Below, one piece after another: positions 1-12,796 of a DNA stretch of 59,567 bases; position 1 is the stretch's first letter, and each line of letters opens with the position of its first letter. A program made the position numbers and the translations under genes. The notes under the pieces were generated by a model. It was not told the DNA's origin. It saw only the letters and a program-made list of their open reading frames with translations, and ran no database searches. Source of the stretch: Macrostomum lignano (lineage: Eukaryota); NCBI GenBank assembly GCA_002269645.1, contig NIVC01004119.1:1-59567 (forward strand), read 5' to 3'.

Positions 1-3000
1 CCTTGTTGTAGGTGACAGATGCACGTACATACTTCTCAGCTTCCATCCATGCCCACTGAGTTGTTGCCTCAAGAGACTGAAGCTTCCTAAATGGAGTATC
101 CAAGCTAAACTTGTGCTCGCGACCGTCAGAGTTGATTTTGCTCGCTACAGACATGGCGAATAGTTTTTGGAGATTATGGCTGAACTCCAGAGTTGTCTTA
201 CTTCCGTCTTCGGTGCTTGAATGAACAACCAGGCGCTCGTGCTTCAGTACGTCAAATGGGGTCTGCAGAATCACCTCGTGCATCCTATTGTTCACCGTAG
301 GAAGTACCTTAGTTGTCAACTTGATCGCCTCCTCGTTCCAGAAAATCTCACTGCTGGAAGATTCTTCATTATCACTATCACGTCGTGAGGAGTGCACTAC
401 TCCAAACCTAGACAATATTGTTGGTGAGGTGTGTCGACCTTGAAGTGAAACCTTGGTCCAGTCATCGTTGCCACGGTATCCACCTGGTAGTCGCCGGTGT
501 AAGGAACCTTCGCCTGAACATTCGACTCAAATCTTGAACTTCCATACTTGGTTGTCCCCTTCAGGGTAACAGGTTCCATGAAAGGAGCCATGATGGAAAA
601 GCTGCATCCCATTTGTCGGTCTCGATGAGCCGTCAGCTCGTCATACGCCGATAGAGCAACTTCTACAGTTTTTCCTGGTAGATAGGTAACCTTGCAGTTA
701 GAGCCAATCATCTGGTTGTTGTTCTTGTGATCCCAAGTGATGGAGAATGTCTCGTAGCCAGAGAATGGTGTTGTAAGACTGATGGTTCCTCGGGACTCCA
801 GCTTGTTGTAGGGCTGTGGAATAAAATTAAAATTCGAATTCATTGACCGTCCTGTCGTCATTCCACGTTAGTTCAGCATTGCTGGTGAACTGCTTGCCGT
901 CGTCTTTGTGGTTGAACTCGAACAGTAGCTTTGGCATCCACTCGAACGTACTAGTGCTCTCAATCTTAAGACCAAGATCGCTGCTCTGGCTGTAGAAGCC
1001 CTTATTGTGTCCTTGTACTTCGAAAGTCATTTTTTGGTCTTGAACTCCATGTCCAATTTGGTCTTGATTTCGCTGGAAGTTAGCAAATGGGTGAGCTCAA
1101 ACTTGATAAAGCTGGCCTGTGCCCACGGTGTAACAATGCTCAGTCTTGAATGGAAGTTGTTGATGTTGCCCAGATTGATTAGAAGCTCGGCCTTGAATCG
1201 TCTGCTGTTAATGATGCTTTCGATTTTGAGCTGCCTAATGCGCAGAGAGCCATAACCATTCTAGCTTCAGTGTTATGTCTTCGTATCTACGGAATGGCGT
1301 CACCAGTTTCAGCATCGACACGATTCCCTTTTCGGTCCATCCGTCGTTGATGTCATACATGAAATTGGCCGATACTTTCTTGCCGTTTCCGTAAACCATT
1401 TCGATAAATTTGTTGCTCTTCAGATGCTCGTTATTTTCCTTGAGATTAAACTCCACGGAACCGGTCGGATAGTTGATCACTAGTTTCCCGTCTCTTTTTA
1501 GAGAGTGGGCCATCCGATTGACCTTCATGTGTCCTTCAATTTGGAAGCCATCAGACCGAGGACGCCTTGGGTTCCAATACAGCTCAGCAGTCAGCCTGTT
1601 GCTGTCATCTTCCTTGTTCACAAACAATCGACTCCTTACATCAACTCCTGGCGCAGCCAACTGTCCTTGGATTGTGATGTCATCGTAGCTGAACTTGGCT
1701 GACGCGTTTGCAGAGTAGATCCCGCTAGGAGAAGCAACAGCTGCAGAGATTGATGGCTCGGAGCTGCTGGTATCCAGATGCAGCTCAGTCTCGATTCTGG
1801 TATAATCAGCCAGATTTAGGCGACCCTTAGCCGAATACTTCTCGGTCTGATGTTGAAGCTCAACAGCCATGCTGTGCTCCACATCAGGCAGTGCAACAGC
1901 GGTTTCAAATCTGAAGTTCTCGATAGACGCTGCAGCTTGGAGACGGCCTTGTAGATTTGATCAACCACTTGGGTCCTCGCGGAAGCCGTGTACAAAATGG
2001 TACCGGGTTGGCGGCTGAACTCCAAACTTGTTTCAAAGTTTCTGCCAGCCACCTTTTCATCACTGGCCATCAGCTTTGAGCGCACTTGTGTCCAGGAATT
2101 ATCGTGCTCAAACTCTTTTTGCATGTTGTACTTTGCTGTTTTCGTCTCCAAAGTTGCTGTCAACTTGTACTCATTGTTGCCTTCGCGCTGGGCCACTTCG
2201 TACTTCTTCTGCAAACGTGCGAAGTCTCCACTGTTACCAAACTCCGCGACGATATCCAGTTCGTGGTTGTAGTAGTTGCTTCGCTTGGAAAAAGCGGCTA
2301 CATAGGTGTTGTACTGCGGAAACTCGGAAAGCAAGCACTTAAAGCTGCCTTTGAGATGGTGCTCACCAGTCGAAGCCGAAAACTTGAGCGTCGGCTCAAT
2401 CCGGATGGTCTGCTCGCTCTTCTCCCCGATCTTGTATGACACAGTTGTCATGCCAGAGATACTGCCACTTGTCAACGCGTAATCAGATCGAAGCTTGCCG
2501 CTAAGGAAGGGTGAGTTTAGGCTTGCTGTGGCTGCTGCTGTGGGGCCAGTCTGCATGAAGGTGCTGCTCACAGTGATCGGGCTAGTTAGAATATTTTCTG
2601 CGCTAAATTCTACCTTCCAGTTTTCTTCGTTAGACAGCTTGCCTCTACTGATCAGACCTTTCAGGATGACCGGTTCGGAGGTGAGGAATCGGAGCTCCAT
2701 CCTCTCCAGCTCGTGCTTCACTTCCTCTGCTGTTTCACTCTTGCGATAGTTGGCTGTAGCTCTAGTGTACACAGTGCCATCGACTTCGGTTGAAAACACC
2801 AGCCGCTTGGAGGAGCCTTCCGAGTCAACATTCATCAAAACTTTTCCCTTTTTCCAAGGGGTGAGCAATGAGGCCTCGATTCGCTGATTGGTAGAATCGA
2901 TGACAAACTCAGCATGAAGCTTCCGGTCTACCCTTGAGCCGGGGGTGTCGATCAGAGCCTTCCAGTGACGGTTCATTCCTTCCTTCTTGTTGACTAGGTG

Positions 3001-5088
3001 CAGCTGGTAGCTTGTGTGCGTATCGCGCTTAAACATGGTAACATCCATCTCCATTCCGGCAGCCAGTGGAGCCAAAGGCGCGCTTTCCTGCGGTACCAGG
3101 GTAGGATAGCTAATCTCGGCGCAAAATTCTACTCCCAGAATCTTCTCCATCAGCTTGCCCTGGGAGCAAGCCTTGTGCTTGATCAGAAGATCCCGACGCA
3201 TAGTTTGTTCGCGTTCCACAGACCGATGAATCACAAAGTAGCTGGTCTTCGTGTTCAGAATGTTCTGTCGGTCTCTGGGCTGCTGGAACTCGACCTGCAG
3301 TTCTTCGCCATTCGACGTCTTGATCGTAGCTTGCATCTCCGTGCTGCTGTGAATACTGGCGGTCATCTTCACGCCATAGTCCCCATAGATCGTTCCAATG
3401 CCAAGCATTCCGCTAAGATGCACAGTTCCAGATGGAGAAAGCTTGCCTTCAACCTCCAACTTTGGCGGCCACTGCATCAGTTTCTTAACGTCTAGTTTGC
3501 CGCTGCTCTTAATGACAAAAGAAGCTGTACCATTGGTGCCCAGGATCAGAGGAAAGCCAGAGATTGTTGGGATAGAGACCTGCGTATCCAGGAAAGAGAA
3601 AGACTTCTGCCAGTTGACCTCTCGAAGCTGCTTCAAAGAGTTGAGCCACTCAAGCAAATTGGTACCGCTGCGCTCCAGGTTCTCCCTCCACAAGTCCACA
3701 AAGGCAATCTGGTGTCCGAAGACCTTGATATCCAAACTGCCGCCGATTTCGTCTTCGATAACCTTAAAGGTGTTGTCGAGTTCAGCCAGTTGACTGTTTG
3801 TGTCCGTCTGCTGTTTGCGCTCCATTCCTTTGGGCCCGAGGTACTTCTCCAGTAGGGTCTCTAGGCCTTGAACACGACCGCCGACTTCAAAGAAATTAAA
3901 CGACTTGCCGAAAAGGTCGAGCGTCATGTTTAGAGTGGCAGACCGAGGCAGAAAGCTTCGTTGAGACCAGATCAGGTTGGACTCCACCTTGGCACCAGCA
4001 TTCAGGTAGTTTGAAAAGAAGGACTTCTCGACATTCCGGCTGAACTTTAGCTTATCGAGATCGTACTGCTTCTTGAGCTTCACATCTTCGACAATGAGGC
4101 GGATGTCCTGCTTGTGTGGATCAGAAGTTTCCAGAAGGTTGGTTAGATGCGTCCACATGAAGGAGGCGAACTGGTTGCTGCTCTCAGCCGTCAGGAGCTC
4201 CTTGACAGTGTCGAACAATTCCATTGTCGGACAGGACATCAGGCCTAGGTAGGCTGTGATTCGCAGCTCAGAGTCCACGTCCTTGTTTCGAATCAGCTTC
4301 ATCAGTGGTGTTCTGTCTTCCGAGCAGGGTGTTCGTCTGAGGGCTTCGATGGCCGCAACCCGAACTTCCACCAGGTTGGCCTCTCGATTGACGCACTGCA
4401 CCAGGGTGGGCATGAGGTCAATGAGATATCCAGCGTTTCCGATAGCCTTGAGTGTCGTTAGCAGAGCTTTCCGATCTCCGGTGGAACAGTCCCTGCCAAG
4501 AAGCCTCTGTAGGGCAGCTCCGATGCTTTTCACAATCGGATCCTTGCTGCACTCGGACCTGCTCTTGCAGTACTGATGCACCAGGGCACCGATACCCAGC
4601 TGGGCTTGTTGACTTGGGTTCTCGGCTTCTAGCAGAGGAAGAAGGCTTTCCAGCATTGCCCTTTCTGGTTGCTGCACAAAAGCAAGAGACGTGAGCCACA
4701 TTTCTGAAATAGTCGACGAAATCTTTCCGCTTAGAACGAGCTCCTTCATCATTGCGGTTGCTGCTGCAGTCGAGACCATGGGCAAGGCGTCAAAGAAGAA
4801 CTGCTGAGCCATCTGACCATTGCGCCGGCAAACAGAAGAGCCTTCTACTTCGCTTCGGATTGCTGCGAGTTGCTGGCTGGATAGACCTCGAAGTCGATGG
4901 ATCAGCTCGTTGAACAGTTTCGGCGTCTGCGGCGTCACGGAGGTACCAAGCTCGCAGAGGTCGTTCAGAACTGACCGGACATCCTGCTCGGGTACTCGGG
5001 AGGGCTGCTTGAAGTCGTGGTGCTGATATTCTAGCGGACTTCGCTTGAAAGTATGATCTGAAATAAGATTGTTGATGGGCTTCGGTTG

Positions 5089-5125
<37 letters not shown>

Positions 5126-7556
5126 CGTATTTAGTTTTTGTTGTGTACCCTCGGTCGACTTTAGATTCTCGACCCCGAAACAAATCTGCAAAACATGAAC
5201 TCTGACCAACTTGGTCAGAGCAATTTTGATAGCTGAGATTCAATGGCGACCCGAATTTTGATTTCACCCTGACCTCGGACTTTTACTTTCGTACGAGCTA
5301 TCAAAGTTTGGTGGACTCTCGGCAACTTATCAAAGGGGACCAGTGTTGATCAAAGTGGCCTAACCAAACTGGTCACGTCTTATCAGTTCCTCCAGGGCAG
5401 CAGCTGGGTATGGAAGAAATAGGTCAGCGATAAGACCCTCTGGTCAGAGTCACGAGTTAAAATCACGAGGTTAAAATCTACCACCCTACGAGTGAGATTT
5501 ATCTTGTGAAAAAAAAGCATTTCAATATTTTTTCTGCTATCGGACGCCATTAGAGTACAATACAGCAGATCGATTAACTCATGCAACAGAATACATGTAA
5601 CCCAAATTATAACCAAGCAAAAGTAAAATAATGTTACCGTGACTGAGCCTGGGCATTCCGCCAGAGCCAATAAACTCCATCCTCTGCTCGACCTGCGTGA
5701 CAGCGCCGGCGTTGTCGGTGCTGAACGGCCTGAAGATGTGCTCCTCGGTGCACAGGGAGCTCTTGAGATTGCCGCTAGAATAGTAGACAACCTTGCAGGT
5801 CCTGTTGGCCTTTGTTAGCGGCATCGACTGGATCTGAGCCGGGACTCTGTAGGAGCTGCTCTGGAAGCTGCCTCGAACCCGCTGCTGGTCCAGGCAGCTC
5901 ATCAGGTCGGTGACTTTGACCACCTCGAATTCTCGGCCGCTCTCCTTGGCTGGCGAGTAGGTGACCTTGCACTTGCCGCTGATGTCCGTCTGGAAAAAAC
6001 GGAGAGTGAATGCAGGAATTTTTACATGTCTATTTCTCAGAAATACAAGTTTTTCAAACCGGGAACAGAGGATTGTCTTTAAAGTGCACCAAATACTTTG
6101 ACTAAAAGCTTTGATGGCATTATTCTAGAGCTCGATGTGACCGTTTCTCTCCCTTGAGCTCGCGTAAGCTGAAGCTTAGCAACGCGGGCAGTGAGTTGTT
6201 CTGCATGTTTGTTTCTCCCCTGCTATGAGTCCCAAGCTTCAACTAAGGGTGAGCACAAATGATTGTGCAAGATTTTTAAGCACTTCTCTTAATCTTAAGC
6301 CATCGACAGGGTAAACTATTCAGATCATTATGAGTCGAATCTAATGACTCACCTCGATGCCATTGTAGGACTCGACTTTGTTTGGGTTCGTGTTTTGCAG
6401 CATGCTGATCGCGGCCTTCTTGATGTTCAACACCCACTCGGGTTCCAGCAGCTCGGCGCAAACCTCCGGGATTTGGCCGTTCCGCAGGACGAAGTGGACA
6501 TCGGAGGCGGTGAGTTCACTTTCGAACTGCGCCTGATGCGGGCTCTCGGTCCAGCGAGTCGGGTCCGAGGGGTCCTGCTCGCTGACTCGGACCTCCTCCA
6601 TCCGCATGGCCAACTCGCAGGTCGAGAATGCATCCAGCACGACTTTGGCAGTCAGGCGAAGTCCAGTAGATTCCTCGGAGGCGCCTTTGATCTCGGATCG
6701 CACCCCGGTCATGTAGTTGAAAGTGTAGGACTTGCCGGGAGTGTAAGGGGACGGGGCGTCGCCGTCTTTTGGGCGTGGGCAAGATTTGGCGCAACCGCCA
6801 TCCTGCCGACGTGTCAGCGGACCTGTTATTTGGTGATTGGCGGTGTTATAAAGTTGATTAGGTCAGTCATTTTCGAAGCTAAACACCCATTTGGCTGTTG
6901 CCCATAGACAAAGACATAGACGGAAAAAGGCAAACAAGTTGATAACTCTGATCTTTACCGCGTGGAAGTCGATGTTTAAGTATGATTTCTATGAGTTGAA
7001 AAATTCAATAACAGTTTTGAAAACTGAGAGAGTCTATGAAAGACGCTGATGCTGGCATCCTTGTTTGTGCTGATGTCTATGTCCGAATTGTCAACTTCTA
7101 TGGTCTATGGGCAAGACCAAAATCTACTGCTGCCAAAAGGCAATCCTCAACTTTATTGGCTTGATTATGAACTTCGCTGACAAATGCAAAATATTAGTTT
7201 TGAGCTTCTAGTCATTCAGTTCTCTCTTTAATCCACGGATTAATTCTTGGAATATAGACACGCATCAGTTGTTGGGCTTTCCCCCAAAATTTCAGCCGAT
7301 GGATTCCTGTATTTGAATATCTAAATCAGTGATTGGTACAGATTACATGAATTCTATCAATCTTTCAATAAATTTATCTGACTAGTATCAACACAAGACA
7401 CATACGAAGCTAAATGTCTTACACTTACACAACGAGATACAGCTATACACGCCTACATTGTTGAACAAAAGAGCAAAATTTCTGACTAAATTCCAGCTTA
7501 CCAGCATTAGCCAGAGCCGCCAGCACTAGCAGAAGAAGCACCGTCTTGTGCTCCAT
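1..7556 (-). CDS. Large lipid transfer protein (apolipophorin/apoB-like, vitellogenin superfamily); 3' end lies outside the window
   Basis: Exons with GT-AG boundaries and matching phases: 7556-7502 (signal peptide MEHKTVLLLLVLAALANA), 6822-6353 (GCAKSC...YTPGKSYTFNY, LPD_N start), 5989-5638 (TDISGKCKVTY, the conserved ETDxxGxC motif), 5057 to <1. The giant last exon contains the alpha-helical domain (LKAIGNAG...VRVAAIEALRR, DSELRITAYLGLMSCP), DUF1943-like FSRNVEKSFF/ESNLIWSQRSFLPRSATLN and amphipathic beta-strands. Five frame breaks lie between about 430 and 1960. Confidence 0.92.
5091..5121. repeat. (GT)n microsatellite in LLTP intron 3
   Basis: Direct reading of a gtgtgt run. Confidence 0.95.
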
Positions 7557-7690
7557 CGTTGGAGTCTTCAATTTAGTTTGCAAAGTTTCTCAGATTGCAA
7601 CAATTTGCAAGTATAGAGTTAAAGAATTCTTTTGACCTGAGAGCCAAAGGAAAAATTGGTTGAACTGGACTCCAGAGCCCCAAAGCCGCC

Positions 7691-7698
7691 TTTTTATA
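7691..7698 (-). promoter_or_regulatory. TATA box of the LLTP gene
   Basis: TATAAAAA on the minus strand about 135 nt upstream of the ATG at 7556; a GATAAG motif is also present near 7768. Confidence 0.55.
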
Positions 7699-8386
7699 CC
7701 CTTCAACTAGCTGTTAGGGTCCATCTTGGGGTCCAGATTTCATAACTGATTGCAACTTCGGTTAGGAGATAAGCCTGCTTTCTCTTAAACTGCAAAATAG
7801 TTTAGATTTCGTTGCTGGGGAGGGTAGAGGGAGGGTGGGGGGCAAAGTTCAACAACTCTCTGAAATTAGGAAACTGCACCCTCTCTATGTGTTTCTGTGC
7901 CGTTAGAGTTATCAGAACTGGTTTCCTGAGCGCGCTCTTCTGTTTCTTCCAGCCCGCTGCTAATTTTTCGTCACTTTACCTGCATGGCGCTGACGTTCCC
8001 TTATCGCTCTCTGCGTGTAGTTTTATTTCTCGAATATTCTGTTAGAAAAAACTAATTTTTGCATTTTCGAGCCTGACCAAATTATCTATAAACAGTTTAC
8101 AGGTTAGTTAAGCTAAAAAAGGCGAGCAATTAGTCAGAACAATAATTATTCCTATTGTGTGTTTAAAAAACTCGTCTGCTTGCAATACAATAATGCACTG
8201 TACTATAAAGCATGAATTGCATTGAACCCAGCCTACATGGATAAAGACTCGCAGTGATATTCTATGGCAAAAACAAGCATCCATTGCTGCGAAATAGCCA
8301 GTAAATGATGTGAACGCACGACTTTTTAGTGCCACAGAGACACTCGTGAGCTTCGCGATGTACCGGTATAGTGTTTTTACGTAAGC

Positions 8387-9606
8387 GTTGTAGTGTCTCC
8401 GTTGATGCAGTGTTCCTACATAGTGTTGTAGTGTCTCCGTTGATGCAGTGTTCCTACATAGTGTTGTAGTGTCTCCATTGATGCAGTGTTCCTACAGTGT
8501 TGTAGTGTCTCCGTTGATGCAGTGTTCCTACATAGTGTTGTAGTGTCTCCGTTGATGCAGTGTTCCTACATAGTGTTGTAGTGTCTCCATTGATGCAGTG
8601 TTCCTACATAGTGTTGTAGTGTCTCCATTGATGCAGTGTTCCTACAGTGTTGTAGTGTCTCCGTTGATGCAGTGTTCCTACATAGTGTTGTAGTGTCTCC
8701 ATTGATGTAGTGTTCCTACATAGTGTTGTAGTGTCTCCGTTGATGCAGTGTTCCTACATAGTGTTGTAGTGTCTCCATTGATGCAGTGTTCCTACATAGT
8801 GTTGTAGTGTCTCCATTGATGCAGTGTTCCTACAGTGTTGTAGTGTCTCCGTTGATGCAGTGTTCCTACATAGTGTTGTAGTGTCTCCATTGATGTAGTG
8901 TTCCTACATAGTGTTGTAGTGTCTCCATTGATGCAGTGTTCCTACATAGTGTTGTAGTGTCTCCATTGATGCAGTGTTCCTACAGTGTTGTAGTGTCTCC
9001 GTTGATGCAGTGTTCCTACATAGTGTTGTAGTGTCTCCATTGATGTAGTGTTTCTACGTAAGCGTTGTAGTGTCTCCGTTGATGCAGTGTTCCTACATAG
9101 TGTTGTAGTGTCTCCATTGATGCAGTGTTCCTACATAGTGTTGTAGTGTCTCCATTGATGCAGTGTTCCTACATAGTGTTGTAGTGTCTCCGTTGATGCA
9201 GTGTTCCTACATAGTGTTGTAGTGTCTCCGTTGATGCAGTGTTCCTACATAGTGTTGTAGTGTCTCCGTTGATGCAGTGTTCCTACATAGTGTTGTAGTG
9301 TCTCCGTTGATGCAGTGTTCCTACATAGTGTTGTAGTGTCTCCGTTGATGCAGTGTTCCTACATAGTGTTGTAGTGTCTCCGTTGATGCAGTGTTCCTAC
9401 AGTGTTGTAGTGTCTCCGTTGATGCAGTGTTCCTACATAGTGTTGTAGTGTCTCCGTTGATGCAGTGTTCCTACATAGTGTTGTAGTGTCTCCGTTGATG
9501 CAGTGTTCCTACATAGTGTTGTAGTGTCTCCATTGATGCAGTGTTCCTACATAGTGTTGTAGTGTCTCCGTTGATGCAGTGTTCCTACATAGTGTTGTAG
9601 TGTCTC
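8387..9606. repeat. 38-bp minisatellite (agtgttgtagtgtctccRttgatgcagtgttcctacat), about 32 copies
   Basis: Period measured at 8401/8439; some 36-bp variants. Confidence 0.97.
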
Positions 9607-11248
9607 TGTTTTTGGCGAAAATTCGCTTGGTCCCTCCCCTCTTTGATTTTTTTTCGGTCCCCCGCCCCCCCCCCTGGTTGCGCCACTGGCTGCGACCGCT
9701 GATTCTTTGTTTTGTTTTTCTGTTTTCAGATCCTACAGACAATGCATTGTTTGTAGTAATGGATTGTTCTGCATTAAAAATGTGAATAATGATCGTCAAA
9801 TTGCTAAACAATGCTTTTAAACGAGCCTCATACTTTTTTCGCCATGAATCGGCTCGTTTCCGGTCCTGAGTTATCAAGTTGTCCTTGGTTTTAGTGTCTC
9901 CATTATGGTAAACACTATATTGTCTTCATTATTGTAAAATCGTCTATGGTAAAGACACACAAAAGGCCTGACTAGCATGGCATTGCAAGGTCATCAGGCT
10001 ATGAACAATTAAAGCTTAAACTGCGAACTGCACAGGAGTGTATTCTACTGGCCAATCCTCCACTCCGCCTCTTCTGTACATTTTTTTCCAGAACGAAGCG
10101 CACTTTAACTATTTTTTTGAACAGACCAAAGTCCGGAGAAACGGGTCAAACTTAATCTTTTTTCTCGATTTTTTTTATAATTTTAAAATAATCAGTAAAA
10201 ATTTTGCTCTTGCACGTGCTTCTTATCTCAGTTCTTGAGCATTGGTGCAGCAATACCGGTTGCTACCAGTTGATGCCAGGGGAGGCAAAGCCGCCGCAGG
10301 TAATTTTTTAAAAAGTGGTTTGTGATTTTTTTATTAGCGGTTTTGCCTTTATCAGAGCGCGGGGTTACCCAATAAAGAAACGGTGGCTATAGAGGTGTTC
10401 AAAGGCAACTATTGAACACGAGAATAGCATTGCTCAATTCGATCGTCATTGGAAAGGCGGCGAATTGCATTGTCACTTGTAATTTATGGCAATAGCTGCT
10501 ATTCGTTTGATGGCTCAAGAGATTTAGCTTAAAAACACATTAACTATATTTTTCTAATCACTAAAATAGGCCCTTTCTCATGGCTCGTGCCAGAGACAGG
10601 ATTTTGTTCTGGGGAGGGGGGTCAGCCAACCCACTTGACCCCCATCCTGGATCCGCGAGTGAGTTCAAGCTTCGAGCTACGAAAGGGCAAACGAAACATT
10701 TTTCTGTTTTCCAGAATGGTCATACATGTACACCCCCCCCCCCGAATTCTCTCGGGAATGGGGGGTTCAGACGACCCCTTGAACCCCTGGATCCGTTATT
10801 GCATGCAAAGTTGGCACATATCCACATTCCTAGTGGAGTCGGATAGGGGTTGGGGGGAAAATTTATTCAAGTGTTGCAATTCTTTTAATTGGCACTAATT
10901 AGATGACGAGGCGTTTTCGTATTGTAAGACTGTTAAGTTACTCCTACTGTTTACCTACAACAATACATTAGTGGGATAATGAACACAGTGGAATATTGGA
11001 AATGCATCGGCAATTCAAAATAAATAACTATACACTTCATGTTGATAATGACTTTTATTTATTTACTTTTCATTGAGCGAGTGAGCGAGTTACTTTACCA
11101 GACCTATATTTAGTTGCCAAGCATTCTTGTTTTAACCAGTTGGCCAAGGAGGTCAAAGGTTGACATCGACATTGCTCTGAGTTGTGCTATTTTCAGCGAT
11201 TTTATAATACTGTCATTCTAAAATGGTTTTCTCTCTGTCACATGAAAT

Positions 11249-11250
11249 TC

Positions 11251-11313
<63 letters not shown>
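11249..11313. repeat. (CT)n microsatellite
   Basis: Direct reading. Confidence 0.95.
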
Positions 11314-11315
<2 letters not shown>

Positions 11316-11689
11316 GTTCAAAGTTAACTGAATGTTGACTTTAAAACGAACTCCTCGATGCGGGGTATCCGTATTCGATAATAGACTGGGTAGCTAATGC
11401 TCTCGTCAATTTACTTGTAATAATACCCCTGCACATACGGTACTGCAGCACTTCATTGCACTGCCAAGGGCTTGTCAACTTTGATGCGATAAATATTTTG
11501 GGTTGGGTGCGGGGCTTCTGAACCATTGTAGTGCATTCGAATTGAAATTTGAAAACTGAATTACAGGCTTAAACTACATCTTGAAAGGTCCTTCACAGGT
11601 CCTTCCTGTGAAAATATGCATGTATGTAATGTTAGGTATCTTATTTGGGACTGCAAATGATCACATAATAATAATAGGGACATGGGAAA

Positions 11690-12040
11690 CGAAACAATGA
11701 TGGGATATTGGACACACAATGATTGGGAAATTTGAAACATTGATGGGATATTGGACACACAATGATGGGGAAATTTGAAACAATGATGGGGAAATTGGAC
11801 ACACAATGTGGGGAAATTGGACACACAATGATGGGGAAATTGGACATACAATGATGGGGAAATTGGACACACAATGATGGGACATTGGACACAATGTTGG
11901 GATATTAGACGCACAATGATGGGATATTGTACACGCAATGATGGGGACATTGGAAACAATGATGGGATATTGGACACACAATTTGATGGGGATATTGGAC
12001 ACACAATGATGGGGATATTGGACACACAATGATGAGATAC
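11690..12040. repeat. Degenerate ~22-24-bp minisatellite (caatgatgggatattggacaca)
   Basis: The repeated motif is visible and generates the repetitive ORFs at 11561-12058. Confidence 0.9.
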
Positions 12041-12723
12041 TGAACATAAAATGATCATTGAACCCGAAGGAACCTGATGATTGTGAAACTTCTGTAGGTT
12101 TTATACATTGAAGATATTGTGTATACTACTACGCTCAATGAGGTCAGTAGTATTGCCAGAACATTTTGATTCCTATTAGGAACTTCTGTTTTATTGGCTT
12201 TAGTGCGCTTCAAATTTACGGTTTTAATTTTCCTAATTTCGCTGATGCCTTTTCTGCTTTTGTTAAAATAAACGTTGCGCAGCCACAGTTGATGATGGCA
12301 CTTGTGTTTCTTTCGTTGTAAATTGTAACAAACTGTAAAAATAGTAATTATTGATCACATTGATCCCATCCAACTCCCACTTACTTCCTTATCCACATTC
12401 TAAATGTTTGTAGAGAAGAATATGTGCCAGCTGCAAAAACTTTTGCTGTGCTGCAAGATACGCTCGTATTCAACCTCCTGATTTCTGAGTAAAGTTGTGA
12501 AGCCTGCGATCTTAGCTATATTTTCATGCCAATTTATTTTTCTATCTAGTTATATTCTTTTCGATACATATCGCTACACGTTTTAAATAGTAATTTCTGC
12601 CTAAAAAGACAAAAATGCAAGCAAAATGCAAATGCAAAATGTCATTATATTAAAAAATTCTTGTTCTGTACAAACGTATTTAATAAAACAATCAAGCGAT
12701 AAGTATTACAGGTAAAAATTCTA

Positions 12724-12796
12724 TGGAGTACCAGGGCATCGATCCCTGTACCTCTCGCATGCTAAGCGAGCGCTCTACCATTTGAGCTAGTACCCC
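12724..12796 (-). tRNA. tRNA-Ala(AGC)
   Basis: Reverse complement reads GGGGTACTAGCTCAAATGGTAGAGCGCTCGCTTAGCATGCGAGAGGTACAGGGATCGATGCCCTGGTACTCCA: 73 nt, paired acceptor stem, anticodon arm CTCGC-TTAGCAT-GCGAG, A and B boxes, and a T5 Pol III terminator a few bases downstream. Confidence 0.96.

Noticed and set aside
9655-10800. MITE ends (cctggttgcgccactg at about 9673-9688; cctggatccg at about 10647 and 10787)
   Set aside because: They resemble common DNA-transposon termini, but I could find no paired inverted end or TSD.
12070-12105. Minimal hammerhead ribozyme (CTGATGA-ttgt-GAAAC)
   Set aside because: No stem II pairing, stem I cannot form, and the cleavage triplet would be weak.
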